Shown here: piece by piece, positions 9,566 to 18,383 of the stretch | How the letters are laid out: each line of letters starts with the position of its first letter | How positions within the stretch are numbered: position 1 is the first letter of the stretch | Origin: a phage | Length of the DNA: 64,000 bases | Sequence record: OZ336096.1 | Direction: 5' to 3' (one strand) | Notes under the pieces: model-generated | Seen by the model: the letters and a program-made list of their open reading frames with translations, nothing else | Database searches by the model: none | What the model was told of the DNA's origin: nothing | Position numbers and translations under genes: made by a program

Positions 9566-9988
9566 ATGCAGAAAATGTTTGTTCACCCAGACATAGCTGA
9601 CTTTGTTAGAGCTTTGCAGAAGTTGGAAGAACTTGACATTGCTGCTCAACGGGAATATGCTCACCATCACAGGAGAATGGTTGATATACAACATGAAATA
9701 GAGTTGTCTGAAAACTATGAAGATGACTTAAAATGCTCTGTATTTGAGCATATGAAAGATGTTGCTACAGCAAGACGTAAAGCTAAAGACACAGTTGCTT
9801 TACTAGATTCTCTTAAAAAGAGGTTGCAAAGTGGTACAGACCTGTGTAACCTAGCGTCACTGATTAACGATGTTGAAACTTCTTGGGATAGGCACTATTA
9901 TCCACGTTCTGAAAAGACACTTGACTTTTCTTCATCCGAAAACTTAAAATGTTCTAGAAAGAAACTTAACCAACTGAGAGAGAAATAG
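9566..9988 (+). CDS. hypothetical protein
   Basis: 140 aa ORF, first gene of the plus-strand block after the divergent intergenic region. Confidence 0.45.
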   Translation: MQKMFVHPDIADFVRALQKLEELDIAAQREYAHHHRRMVDIQHEIELSENYEDDLKCSVFEHMKDVATARRKAKDTVALLDSLKKRLQSGTDLCNLASLINDVETSWDRHYYPRSEKTLDFSSSENLKCSRKKLNQLREK

Positions 9989-9989
9989 T

Positions 9990-10790
9990 ATGAATATCGA
10001 TGTAGAAAAGATGCTTGAAGAAAAAGGTGTTGACGAAGCGTTCTTAATCAATGCCGTAGAAAGCATGGCTATGATTCTTCGTGGCAACAACTACACAGAA
10101 CAGTTTATGCCTGCAAGCTATAACTTGCCTGAAGACAAGTCTGATAACGGTGCTTTTGCAGAACAGGTTAACATAATGCTTTGCGACAAAACGCTTGCTT
10201 TAGCATCTATCGTTGTAGGTGTTGATGCTCTTGCAGAGTTCATTTTTCATAAGATGCAGAAAAATGACTATATTGCCATGACCACTGAAGAAAAAGACTT
10301 GCTACTACTCGCAGGTAATGATGAACTAATTGACCTGTTAATTTCATCAACAAGTGCTGTTATGGCTGTTCTTGAGAAGCGAATGGAAGAGAAGTTGTCA
10401 CGATATGAAAAACTTGATTGGGGCGTAGAAGAATTAAACCCACGAATCAAAGAGATTATCCAGCAAACTAAAGAGTCTTTGGAAGAAGCTGTCGAAAATG
10501 ACTCTGTAGCTGATATAGAACCACTTCAGGTGAAAGTTGCACTGATGATTCCAGCTATCTCTACGATGATGAATATCGTTGCACTAATCCAACTGTCACA
10601 GATGATGGGTGTGAGTATGGAGTTCATTGAGGAGATGACTGGTGGTGTCAGTATGCAAGCAATCAATGATGTTTTGGTGAACATTGGTGCTTCAATCATT
10701 GAAGAGAAACTACGCATTAATTTCGGTGATGATTTTGTGAAGCAAATCTCAGCTATGGCTGAAAAAGAGTATGCTGACAAACTGCACTAA
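9990..10790 (+). CDS. hypothetical protein
   Basis: 266 aa ORF, adjacent to previous gene, terminator-like hairpin after stop. Confidence 0.5.
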   Translation: MNIDVEKMLEEKGVDEAFLINAVESMAMILRGNNYTEQFMPASYNLPEDKSDNGAFAEQVNIMLCDKTLALASIVVGVDALAEFIFHKMQKNDYIAMTTEEKDLLLLAGNDELIDLLISSTSAVMAVLEKRMEEKLSRYEKLDWGVEELNPRIKEIIQQTKESLEEAVENDSVADIEPLQVKVALMIPAISTMMNIVALIQLSQMMGVSMEFIEEMTGGVSMQAINDVLVNIGASIIEEKLRINFGDDFVKQISAMAEKEYADKLH

Positions 10791-10808
10791 GTCTTTATAA
10801 ATCTTACA

Positions 10809-10834
10809 AGCCTCCTTAGTTGGGGGCTTTTTAG
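10809..10834 (+). terminator. putative intrinsic terminator
   Basis: AGCCTCC..GGGGGCT hairpin followed by TTTTT. Confidence 0.4.
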
Positions 10835-10851
10835 TAATGAAGGGAGATAAA

Positions 10852-11595
10852 ATGAGTAATATTATTGCATTTACTGGAAAGGCACGTTCTGGAAAAGACA
10901 CCTCATGTTCTATTGTGAAGAACATCTTAGAGGATGAGTACGGCTACAATGTTGCAGTAATGGCCTATGCAGACAACCTTAAACTATCTGCATCAAAGAT
11001 ATTTGACCTGACTTGGAATGACCTGTATGGTGAAACTAAAGAGACTCCACAGGTTTTTGATTTATCATATCCTGAACTGTTGTTCAAAGTTACAGAAGCT
11101 ATGGAGTTTACCTTCAAAGATGAACGTTACCATATGGATTTTAAGCTTATGTCAGAACTAACCGGACGATTAATCATGGAGCTTAAGAAGATTGCTAAAC
11201 CGACCTTGTTAACACGTCTGGGATTTAGTAACAAGTATAAATTCTCATCAAGACAAATTCAACAGATTTGGGGCACTGAAGTTGTCCGTAAAGTTCTGGG
11301 TGACAAGTTCTGGGCTAAAGACCTCGAAAAACGAATGGTAAATTTCTTTGATGTTTGCTCGCTTAGAAATCAAGAAGGCGTTGTTTTAATCAGTGATTTA
11401 AGATTTGACTCTGAAGCTGAGTGGCTGAGTAGATTTGCACACCAAACTATTGAAGTAAAAAGAGACAATGTGGACAAAGTTTCATCACATGTTTCAGAAA
11501 ATGGCATTTCTACAAAATATGAGCGTGACATTATTCATAATAATGGTACTCTTGCAGACCTTGAGAGCAAGCTAAGAGCTATCCTGAAGATTTAA
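10852..11595 (+). CDS. deoxynucleoside monophosphate kinase
   Basis: P-loop AFTGKARSGKDT at N-terminus, ~250 aa, layout like T4 gp1 dNMP kinase; start set at ATG 10852 after GGGAGA RBS. Confidence 0.7.
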   Translation: MSNIIAFTGKARSGKDTSCSIVKNILEDEYGYNVAVMAYADNLKLSASKIFDLTWNDLYGETKETPQVFDLSYPELLFKVTEAMEFTFKDERYHMDFKLMSELTGRLIMELKKIAKPTLLTRLGFSNKYKFSSRQIQQIWGTEVVRKVLGDKFWAKDLEKRMVNFFDVCSLRNQEGVVLISDLRFDSEAEWLSRFAHQTIEVKRDNVDKVSSHVSENGISTKYERDIIHNNGTLADLESKLRAILKI

Positions 11596-11603
11596 AAGAG
11601 AGA

Positions 11604-11804
11604 ATGAAGATGAGAGTAAAAGACAATTTTAAAGTTATTGACCACCGTTTAGTGGAACTCTCATCTCTTTCCAATGATGTAATGATTGAACGTCTTAAGA
11701 GAGTTGAATCACGAAGGAAAGAGATTGCAGATGAAATTCATGAACTGGACAAGATTGAGAATGGATTGAAGGCAGAACTACAACGAAGAGGTGCTAATGT
11801 CTAA
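11604..11804 (+). CDS. hypothetical coiled-coil protein
   Basis: 66 aa ORF. Confidence 0.35.
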   Translation: MKMRVKDNFKVIDHRLVELSSLSNDVMIERLKRVESRRKEIADEIHELDKIENGLKAELQRRGANV

Positions 11805-13782
11805 AGGTCGTAAATTGAAAGAGGCTGGGCAGTTTATTGGTCATTGTGCATGTCCACGTTGTGGTTCATCAGATGCTGGTTCAATCTATCATCATGACGA
11901 TGATTCTTATTCGATGACTTGCTTTAGTTGTAACAAAGGTTTCCCAGAGTGGGATTTTGATAAAGGACAAATCGTGAGCACTTATTCTACTGGTTCAGAC
12001 AATAAAAACCGTACTTTCCGTGGAATGGATTTAGACGATGTAAAAGAAAACCTTGAAGCAATGGACTTAAAGGACAGGAAGATTCCTGCAAAAGTTCTTG
12101 AGCGTTTGGGTATCAAGGTTGACATTGACAGTGACGGTGAAATTGATGCGCATTTCTATCCAACTTACAAACGTAATGAAGATGGTAAGCTAGAGCACGT
12201 TGGCTACCGTGTACGTCATCGCTATCCAGAAGACCACCCAAAAGAGCACCTACGTGGTAAGTTAAAAGACTTCTCAGGTGGTGTTGGAGACATTAAAGGC
12301 GAACTGGCAATGTTCGGTTCATGGATTGCTCCAGAAGGTGGTAACCGTCTATTCATCTGGGAAGGTGAGATGGAATGTGCGACAGCAATCTATATGACTT
12401 CTCTTGCGATTAAGGATAAATCTCGTCGTAAGAATTACTGTCACGTATCTGTTCCATCGGGTGCAAACATTAAGTCTATCAAAGACAACTATCAGTACAT
12501 CACATCATTTGACGAGATTTACTTGTGCTTTGATAACGATGAAGCAGGTGCTAAAGCTACCAAAGAGGCTGCTGGTATCCTCCCTATTGAGAAGGTTCGT
12601 TTATTCCAGTATCCAGAGGGTGTAAAAGACCTTAATGAATGGTGGACAAAGTTCTATAAAGAGAAAGACACAGTTCTGGAAGGATTTAAACAGCGTATCT
12701 ACAACGCACCTCGTTACTGCCCTGCTGGTATCAAGAACTTCGCAGATGGTTTTGAGGCAATGAAGAATCGTGGTCAGATTCCATTGATTCCTTTCCCAGA
12801 ATCTTTCGGAGATTTGAACAGGCTTACTTATGGCGGCTATGGTTTAGGTGAGATTACAACTCTGGCAGCACCATCTTCAGTGGGTAAATCAGCATATACT
12901 CGTGAGATGATTTACTCAGCTTGGAAAGAAACTGATTATAATATCGGTGTAATTCCTGTAGAAGATACCTATGAAGAGTTGATGGAGATGCTCTGTGCAA
13001 TCCACCTGAGCAAGCAGATTTCTGAGATTCCTTATGATGAACGGGATTGGGATGAATTAAAAGGAGCACACGCAGAACTATCTAAAGGCCGTCGTATCCA
13101 TATCGTTGACCATCAAGGGGCAATTGACCAAGATAACCTGCTAGAGTTTGTTGACTATCTTGTTAACAGTTTAGACTGTAAGATTATCATTCTTGACCCT
13201 ATCACGTTAGCCCTGTCACGTTCTGATACGGATGAAGAAGAAGTTTTGTCTGAGCTATTGCGTCGTTGCAAACGCTACCAGTATGCACAGGTAAACGTAT
13301 GTCACGTTCGTAAGAGTGCAGGTGGTCAGAAAGCTAACTCTGAAGGTGGGGATATCTCTGAAGAGGATATCAAGGGTTCTGGTGCGTATTTCCAGATTTC
13401 CATGAATAATATTTTGTTAATGCGTAACAAGGTTGACCCAGACCCTGTTAAGAAAAACTTGACAAAAATCAAGCTAACTAAATGTCGTCGTCACGGTAAG
13501 TCAACAGGTATTGCTGGTCATACTTGGTACAATCCAGATACAGGACGTCTCATTAAAGCCTCTGGTTGTGGAGTTGACATTGATGGTGCAGCAGAAAATA
13601 TTCGCCAACAGTTTGGTATTGGTGAAGCTGAAGACCATTACGATGACTCTTTGCCACATTATGAGGATGAAGTGTTTGACCGTAATACTGGTGAAGTCTA
13701 TACTGAAGAGCAGCGTCAAAGCTCAACGATTCCACCTGTATTAAGTGAGGATGCAGATGACTGCCCATTCGAAACTGAGTGA
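11797..13782 (+). CDS. bifunctional DNA primase/helicase (T7 gp4-like)
   Basis: Zn finger CPRCGSSD..CFSC; TOPRIM-like LCFDNDEAGAKA; Walker A GYGLGEITTLAAPSSVGKSAYT; helicase motifs downstream. Confidence 0.85.
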   Translation: MSKGRKLKEAGQFIGHCACPRCGSSDAGSIYHHDDDSYSMTCFSCNKGFPEWDFDKGQIVSTYSTGSDNKNRTFRGMDLDDVKENLEAMDLKDRKIPAKVLERLGIKVDIDSDGEIDAHFYPTYKRNEDGKLEHVGYRVRHRYPEDHPKEHLRGKLKDFSGGVGDIKGELAMFGSWIAPEGGNRLFIWEGEMECATAIYMTSLAIKDKSRRKNYCHVSVPSGANIKSIKDNYQYITSFDEIYLCFDNDEAGAKATKEAAGILPIEKVRLFQYPEGVKDLNEWWTKFYKEKDTVLEGFKQRIYNAPRYCPAGIKNFADGFEAMKNRGQIPLIPFPESFGDLNRLTYGGYGLGEITTLAAPSSVGKSAYTREMIYSAWKETDYNIGVIPVEDTYEELMEMLCAIHLSKQISEIPYDERDWDELKGAHAELSKGRRIHIVDHQGAIDQDNLLEFVDYLVNSLDCKIIILDPITLALSRSDTDEEEVLSELLRRCKRYQYAQVNVCHVRKSAGGQKANSEGGDISEEDIKGSGAYFQISMNNILLMRNKVDPDPVKKNLTKIKLTKCRRHGKSTGIAGHTWYNPDTGRLIKASGCGVDIDGAAENIRQQFGIGEAEDHYDDSLPHYEDEVFDRNTGEVYTEEQRQSSTIPPVLSEDADDCPFETE

Positions 13783-14034
13783 TAGTTATAAAAGAGAGGG
13801 GTTCACACCCTTCTTTGAAGAAAAAAGTTTAAATAAATTTCAGGATGAGTGTTTGACAAAGATTGATAGGTTCTATAGAATGCTCTACATGAAATGTGAT
13901 GGGGGCGTTGAGGTAGAAGAAAAGTTCCATCACAGTATTATTACAGTCACTATTACTATACCTCAGCATAATATTGGTTGGCTGTTTATAATGAAAGAGA
14001 ATGTGTTTGAATATCAAGTATATCGGAGAATAGC

Positions 14035-14184
14035 ATGAAACACTCTAAAGCATTTGAAAAAGTTTTTGGGGATTCCTTAAAATCCACTGCTGGAAAACCA
14101 GCAAAATACTATGAAGAAAAACGTGTAAGAACTGGAAAAACTGCACGTAAAGCAGCTTCTAAAGATAAGCACAACTTCCAGTAA
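14035..14184 (+). CDS. small basic protein (hypothetical)
   Basis: 49 aa ORF (MKHSKAFEKVFG...KDKHNFQ), below ORF-track cutoff; sits in otherwise empty 470 nt spacer. Confidence 0.3.
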   Translation: MKHSKAFEKVFGDSLKSTAGKPAKYYEEKRVRTGKTARKAASKDKHNFQ

Positions 14185-14192
14185 TTAGTATT

Positions 14193-14221
14193 TGACAATA
14201 GAGTATCAACAAATTAGAATT
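14193..14221 (+). promoter_or_regulatory. sigma70-like promoter
   Basis: TTGACA - 17 nt - TAGAAT upstream of the SSB-like gene. Confidence 0.5.
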
Positions 14222-14256
14222 GGTACTCTTCATAAATTGAGATAGAGGTTTAAATA

Positions 14257-15114
14257 ATGTCTAAAGTTGTTAAAATGAAAGCTCCGGTAGAGAAGTACAA
14301 CGGTACTGAACGTCAAACTCTGCGTTACCTGCTGAAAGATGTCTGGTTTTATTACCTGAACACTTCACCACGCCCGGGAAAAGGTAAGTCTATTGATAAG
14401 AAATTCCCAGGAAAAGATTGTAACTACAGCGTATCAATTCTGGCAGAAGACGGTAACAAGCTCTTTAAAGAGTTTACTAAGTCTAAGAAAAATCCAGAAG
14501 GCTGGGATAAAGTCACTACTGAAGCAGTTGATGCAGACGACTTCGAAGAGAAGTTTGGTTGTAAACCACCTTTTGAAGCAGACACTTACTACATCTTGAA
14601 AGTAAGTCGTGCAGCAGCTTATAAAGATGGTGCTGTATGGACAGCTAAACAGTCATTCCCTGTTATGCTTATTGAAGAAGTAAATGGTAAGCGTGTAGCT
14701 GTTAAACAGCCAATGAAGAAAATCAAAGCTCAAGCATCTGATAAACATGAAGATGACAAGAACTATGATGTAATTCACCCAGATATTGCAGTTGGTAACG
14801 GTTCTTTTGGTAGTGTGATTCTTTCTACTCACTTCTACACTTTTGAGAACAATGTTCTGACAAAACCTATTCAGGAACAGTTTATCATTGATACTCTTGT
14901 ACCTTACACTGGTGGTAACGGTGCTAATGGTGAACCTGAACTGGATGAAGATGAACTGGCTATGCTTGGTCTTGATGGTGTTGAAGATAATGGTGAAATC
15001 ACTGAAGAAGACGCAAAAGACCACAAACCTTCGAATGATTCTGATGATGGTGACGATGAAGACTTGCCAGACCCAGATGACGAAGAAGATGAAGACTTCG
15101 ATACAGAAGACTAA
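14257..15114 (+). CDS. putative ssDNA-binding protein with acidic C-terminal tail
   Basis: 285 aa; very acidic C-terminus DDGDDEDLPDPDDEEDEDFDTED; sits between primase-helicase and flap endonuclease as in T7-like replication modules. Confidence 0.4.
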   Translation: MSKVVKMKAPVEKYNGTERQTLRYLLKDVWFYYLNTSPRPGKGKSIDKKFPGKDCNYSVSILAEDGNKLFKEFTKSKKNPEGWDKVTTEAVDADDFEEKFGCKPPFEADTYYILKVSRAAAYKDGAVWTAKQSFPVMLIEEVNGKRVAVKQPMKKIKAQASDKHEDDKNYDVIHPDIAVGNGSFGSVILSTHFYTFENNVLTKPIQEQFIIDTLVPYTGGNGANGEPELDEDELAMLGLDGVEDNGEITEEDAKDHKPSNDSDDGDDEDLPDPDDEEDEDFDTED

Positions 15115-15176
15115 TCTCTAAAAGTTACTTTAAAGCCCTGTACTTAGTATGGGGCTTTTTCATATGGAGAGCCATA

Positions 15177-16217
15177 ATGGAGAAGTACACATTAACAAAA
15201 CTTCCCGATTCAGTTACACATGTTTTTATTGACTCTGACAGTATTGCCTATAAAGGTGCTTGTGTAGTTGAGAAAGCAAAATATAAATATGTCAATAAAC
15301 TCACAGCAGAAGAATCTGAACCATTTGATAATGCGAAAGATGCTGCAAGATGGTTAGCAGACCAGAGAATCCTTGTGGAAGAACTTGGCCTGACATTTGA
15401 TGAAGATGAATGGGAAAGACAGACTTGGAAAGAAGCTAAGAGTGAAAAAGAAGCTATCATGGCTACTCAACAGGTGCTTCAGGAATGGCTTAAGGTTGTT
15501 GGTAAAGAGAGAACTTGGGTAGGTTACTTAACAGAGAAAGGTGTGCATAAGCATAAAGACATTAAAGGTCTTGAGCACCAATATCAAGGTAACCGCAAAG
15601 ATGCTGTCACACCAACACACTTAGTTGCTTGTCGTGAGTATCTTCTGTCAAGACCAGAGTTCAAACTAATTCTTGATGGATTTGAAGCCGATTCAATCGT
15701 AATTGCTAAAGCTGAAAAGATGGGTAAGAAAGCTGCCTTAATGAGTATTGATAAAGACCTTCGCCAAGCTGAAGGAACTTATTGTATTGATATGACTTAT
15801 GAGAAGTCACCTTTGATTTTCATTGCTGACAACAACGTAGGTGAAATTTGGGATTGCCCAATAAAATCAACACCAAAAGCTAAGAAGACAGTTGGTGTAG
15901 GTTTTAAATTCCTTTGTTATCAAGCTGTGGCTGGTGACAATGCTGATAATTATTTTGGTTTAAAGGGCGTTGGTAAGGCTACTGTAATGAAAGCCCTTGA
16001 AGGTAAAAATACTTATAAAGAGTGTCTTGATGCAATTTATGAGCTTTATGCTAAGAAAGAGTCATACACTTATGTCTCGTGGGATGGTCAAACAATTACC
16101 AGAACACCTTTAGAGTTAATGCAGCAACACTTTTTCTTAGCTTATCAGGAAAGAAACAAGAAAGACGATTTCACTTTTAAGAAATATAATTGGGAGCCAT
16201 GTATGAATGAAGATTAA
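15177..16217 (+). CDS. 5'-3' exonuclease / flap endonuclease
   Basis: 346 aa; H3TH motif AVAGDNADNYFGLKGVGKATVMKAL; acidic catalytic residues in N-terminal VFIDSDSIAY. Confidence 0.8.
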   Translation: MEKYTLTKLPDSVTHVFIDSDSIAYKGACVVEKAKYKYVNKLTAEESEPFDNAKDAARWLADQRILVEELGLTFDEDEWERQTWKEAKSEKEAIMATQQVLQEWLKVVGKERTWVGYLTEKGVHKHKDIKGLEHQYQGNRKDAVTPTHLVACREYLLSRPEFKLILDGFEADSIVIAKAEKMGKKAALMSIDKDLRQAEGTYCIDMTYEKSPLIFIADNNVGEIWDCPIKSTPKAKKTVGVGFKFLCYQAVAGDNADNYFGLKGVGKATVMKALEGKNTYKECLDAIYELYAKKESYTYVSWDGQTITRTPLELMQQHFFLAYQERNKKDDFTFKKYNWEPCMNED

Positions 16218-16704
16218 AGGATTTGGCAATTGCCCTACCTATGGTCATTGGGTATCTTTATGTGGGGAAGTTGACCCCACTAAACATTTTGGCTTTGTCT
16301 ATTTAGTACACTGTAAGAAAACCGGACAATATTATATAGGAAAAAAACAGTTTAACAGTGTTACCAAAAGAAAAGTTGCTGGGAAGACTCGTAAGAAGAT
16401 AGTCACTAAGGAAAGTGATTGGATGACTTACGAGACTTCTTCTGAGTATATTAAAAAAGATATTGAGAGCTTTGGAAAGGAGTCTTTTGACTTTTACATT
16501 ATTCAAACCTACTACACAAAAGGTGGCCTAGTTTATGGTGAAGCAAACCTTCAACATAAATTCGATGTAATGACAAAAAGGATTGACTCGAAGCTCAGAC
16601 TCTTCTACAATGCCAATATTGCAGCAATTAAGTTTATTACTAAAGAAACTTATGAAGACGCTGAAAAAAGAATCCATAAAGTAATGAAAGCAAATTGTGC
16701 TTGA
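16207..16704 (+). CDS. GIY-YIG superfamily domain protein (putative endonuclease)
   Basis: 165 aa; FGFVYLVHCKKTGQYYIGKK fits the GIY-x10-YIG spacing. Confidence 0.4.
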   Translation: MKIKGFGNCPTYGHWVSLCGEVDPTKHFGFVYLVHCKKTGQYYIGKKQFNSVTKRKVAGKTRKKIVTKESDWMTYETSSEYIKKDIESFGKESFDFYIIQTYYTKGGLVYGEANLQHKFDVMTKRIDSKLRLFYNANIAAIKFITKETYEDAEKRIHKVMKANCA

Positions 16705-16725
16705 CAACTATTGAGAGAGAATAAA

Positions 16726-16974
16726 ATGTTTAACAAAAGCAAAGCTGTGAGTCATGTAGCAAAAGTTGACAGCAAGATTGAAGAACTTGGGCGCATCCTT
16801 GCAAATGCTAGAGAATCAATAATTAAAGAAGTCGAAGCTGTTGAATCACAAATGCAGCACCTAATGCTTAAACGTCAAGAGCTACGTGAGCATTTAGAAT
16901 ATATTGAAACACGAGAGCTAAAAGTTAACAGATATTTTAAGGAGTCCAAATGTTTAACTCAAGAGAATCAGTAA
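16726..16974 (+). CDS. hypothetical coiled-coil protein
   Basis: ORF 16711-16974 trimmed to ATG 16726. Confidence 0.35.
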   Translation: MFNKSKAVSHVAKVDSKIEELGRILANARESIIKEVEAVESQMQHLMLKRQELREHLEYIETRELKVNRYFKESKCLTQENQ

Positions 16975-17705
16975 AAAACTGGAACCTTCGTTGTGGAAAC
17001 ACTCAAAAGCAACCTTACAGTGATGAGTATTGGGAATCTTTAAAATCTCAATCTCTGTGTATGCTTGAAGAAGCAAAAGAGCTTGTAAAAGCAATTGAAG
17101 AGAAAGACCCCATTGAGACACTGGATGCTCAGGCGGATTTGCAATATGTTCTTGACGGGTTGATTTACCTGTCACAACATGACCATAACGGTGCTATGAA
17201 AGCCGTTTGCCATAATAATGACCTGAAGTACACAGATGACTATGAAGAAGCTTTAAAACGTCTTGCAGACATTGAAAAGCGTACTGGTCAAGAGTGTATT
17301 ATCAGAATGTCAGTAGTTGATGGTAAAGAATGGTATGCCATTGTTCGTGTAGCAGATGGGAAGATTATGAAACAATCGAATCTCCCTAAAGTACAGCTTG
17401 GTGAATACATTGTAGAACTTGAAAGCCAAGAACTTTTTGTGGTAGTATCTGAGACATGCGTTATCTGCAAAGGTATTGTAGGTAGCTTAAAGGATTTGGG
17501 TGTAGATGGTTTTGTAGAAGTTAATCCAATTACCTCTAAAGCAGATAAAGACTTCTGTAAAGAGAATGGACTATGGATTGCAGATATTGTCTACTATGAT
17601 GGTGAGCAGTTCCATGTAACCTCATACCCGAAACTGAATTATGATGCTAATAACCTGAAGTGCTGGTTAAAAGGGGTTGGTTATAATGGATTCACAGAAC
17701 ATTAA
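16950..17705 (+). CDS. MazG-like nucleoside triphosphate pyrophosphohydrolase domain protein
   Basis: 251 aa; LEEAKELVKAIEEKD...LDAQADLQYVLDGLIYL resembles the MazG EExxE/D helix pair. Confidence 0.45.
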   Translation: MFNSRESVKNWNLRCGNTQKQPYSDEYWESLKSQSLCMLEEAKELVKAIEEKDPIETLDAQADLQYVLDGLIYLSQHDHNGAMKAVCHNNDLKYTDDYEEALKRLADIEKRTGQECIIRMSVVDGKEWYAIVRVADGKIMKQSNLPKVQLGEYIVELESQELFVVVSETCVICKGIVGSLKDLGVDGFVEVNPITSKADKDFCKENGLWIADIVYYDGEQFHVTSYPKLNYDANNLKCWLKGVGYNGFTEH

Positions 17706-18009
17706 TAAAGAAGGTGTGGCTCAGAAGAGCCACTTCTCAAACTATAATATTTCTATGACGGTGTTTATGAATGACCCGTTACTTGAAAAGTATGGTGAGA
17801 CTCCAGATACACTTCTGGATAATGAACAAGTTTTAAAAGCAGTCCTGTACAAATACGGGATTGACATTGAGAAAGAGTATTCTTTTGAAATCTGCCAACA
17901 CAGGAATACTTTCGGTAAAGTTGTGATGGCTCCACTCTTTATGGGTGTAGAAAGGACTGACTATGGTTGGTTGTATCTAAAAAGAAACTTGGAGAAATAC
18001 CGTGTCTAA
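17686..18009 (+). CDS. hypothetical protein
   Basis: ORF trimmed to ATG 17686 after AAAGGGG RBS. Confidence 0.4.
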   Translation: MDSQNINKEGVAQKSHFSNYNISMTVFMNDPLLEKYGETPDTLLDNEQVLKAVLYKYGIDIEKEYSFEICQHRNTFGKVVMAPLFMGVERTDYGWLYLKRNLEKYRV

Positions 18010-18337
18010 AGCAAAAAAGCTATCTTATGATGACATTATCTCAGGTGCTAAATTAGGTGTTGATAGTATCGGACAAGATGTTAAGCACGGGGACACAGTT
18101 ATGTACTGTGATGACCGAAGAGGCAGAAGTGCAATATTGTTTGGAAGAATTGTTTGCAAGATGCGAGGCAATTATGTTGTTGCAGACATGGATGAGAGCA
18201 CTGCACAAGAGCTTGAAGCAATTATGAATGGTAATACACCATCGTGGTTCCTGAACTGTATGCACACTTCTTCAGTCACAAAGGTAAGTGATAAGTTTTA
18301 CGATATGTGGCAGAATGAGCAAATTTTCAAGATTTAA
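18002..18337 (+). CDS. hypothetical protein
   Basis: 111 aa ORF with GTG start; terminator hairpin follows. Confidence 0.4.
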   Translation: MSKAKKLSYDDIISGAKLGVDSIGQDVKHGDTVMYCDDRRGRSAILFGRIVCKMRGNYVVADMDESTAQELEAIMNGNTPSWFLNCMHTSSVTKVSDKFYDMWQNEQIFKI

Positions 18338-18342
18338 ACTAC

Positions 18343-18372
18343 GGAGCCTCTTCGGAGGCTCTTTTCACCTGT
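18343..18372 (+). terminator. intrinsic terminator
   Basis: GGAGCCTCTTCGGAGGCTC hairpin followed by TTTT. Confidence 0.55.
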
Positions 18373-18383
18373 AGGATTCAAAA

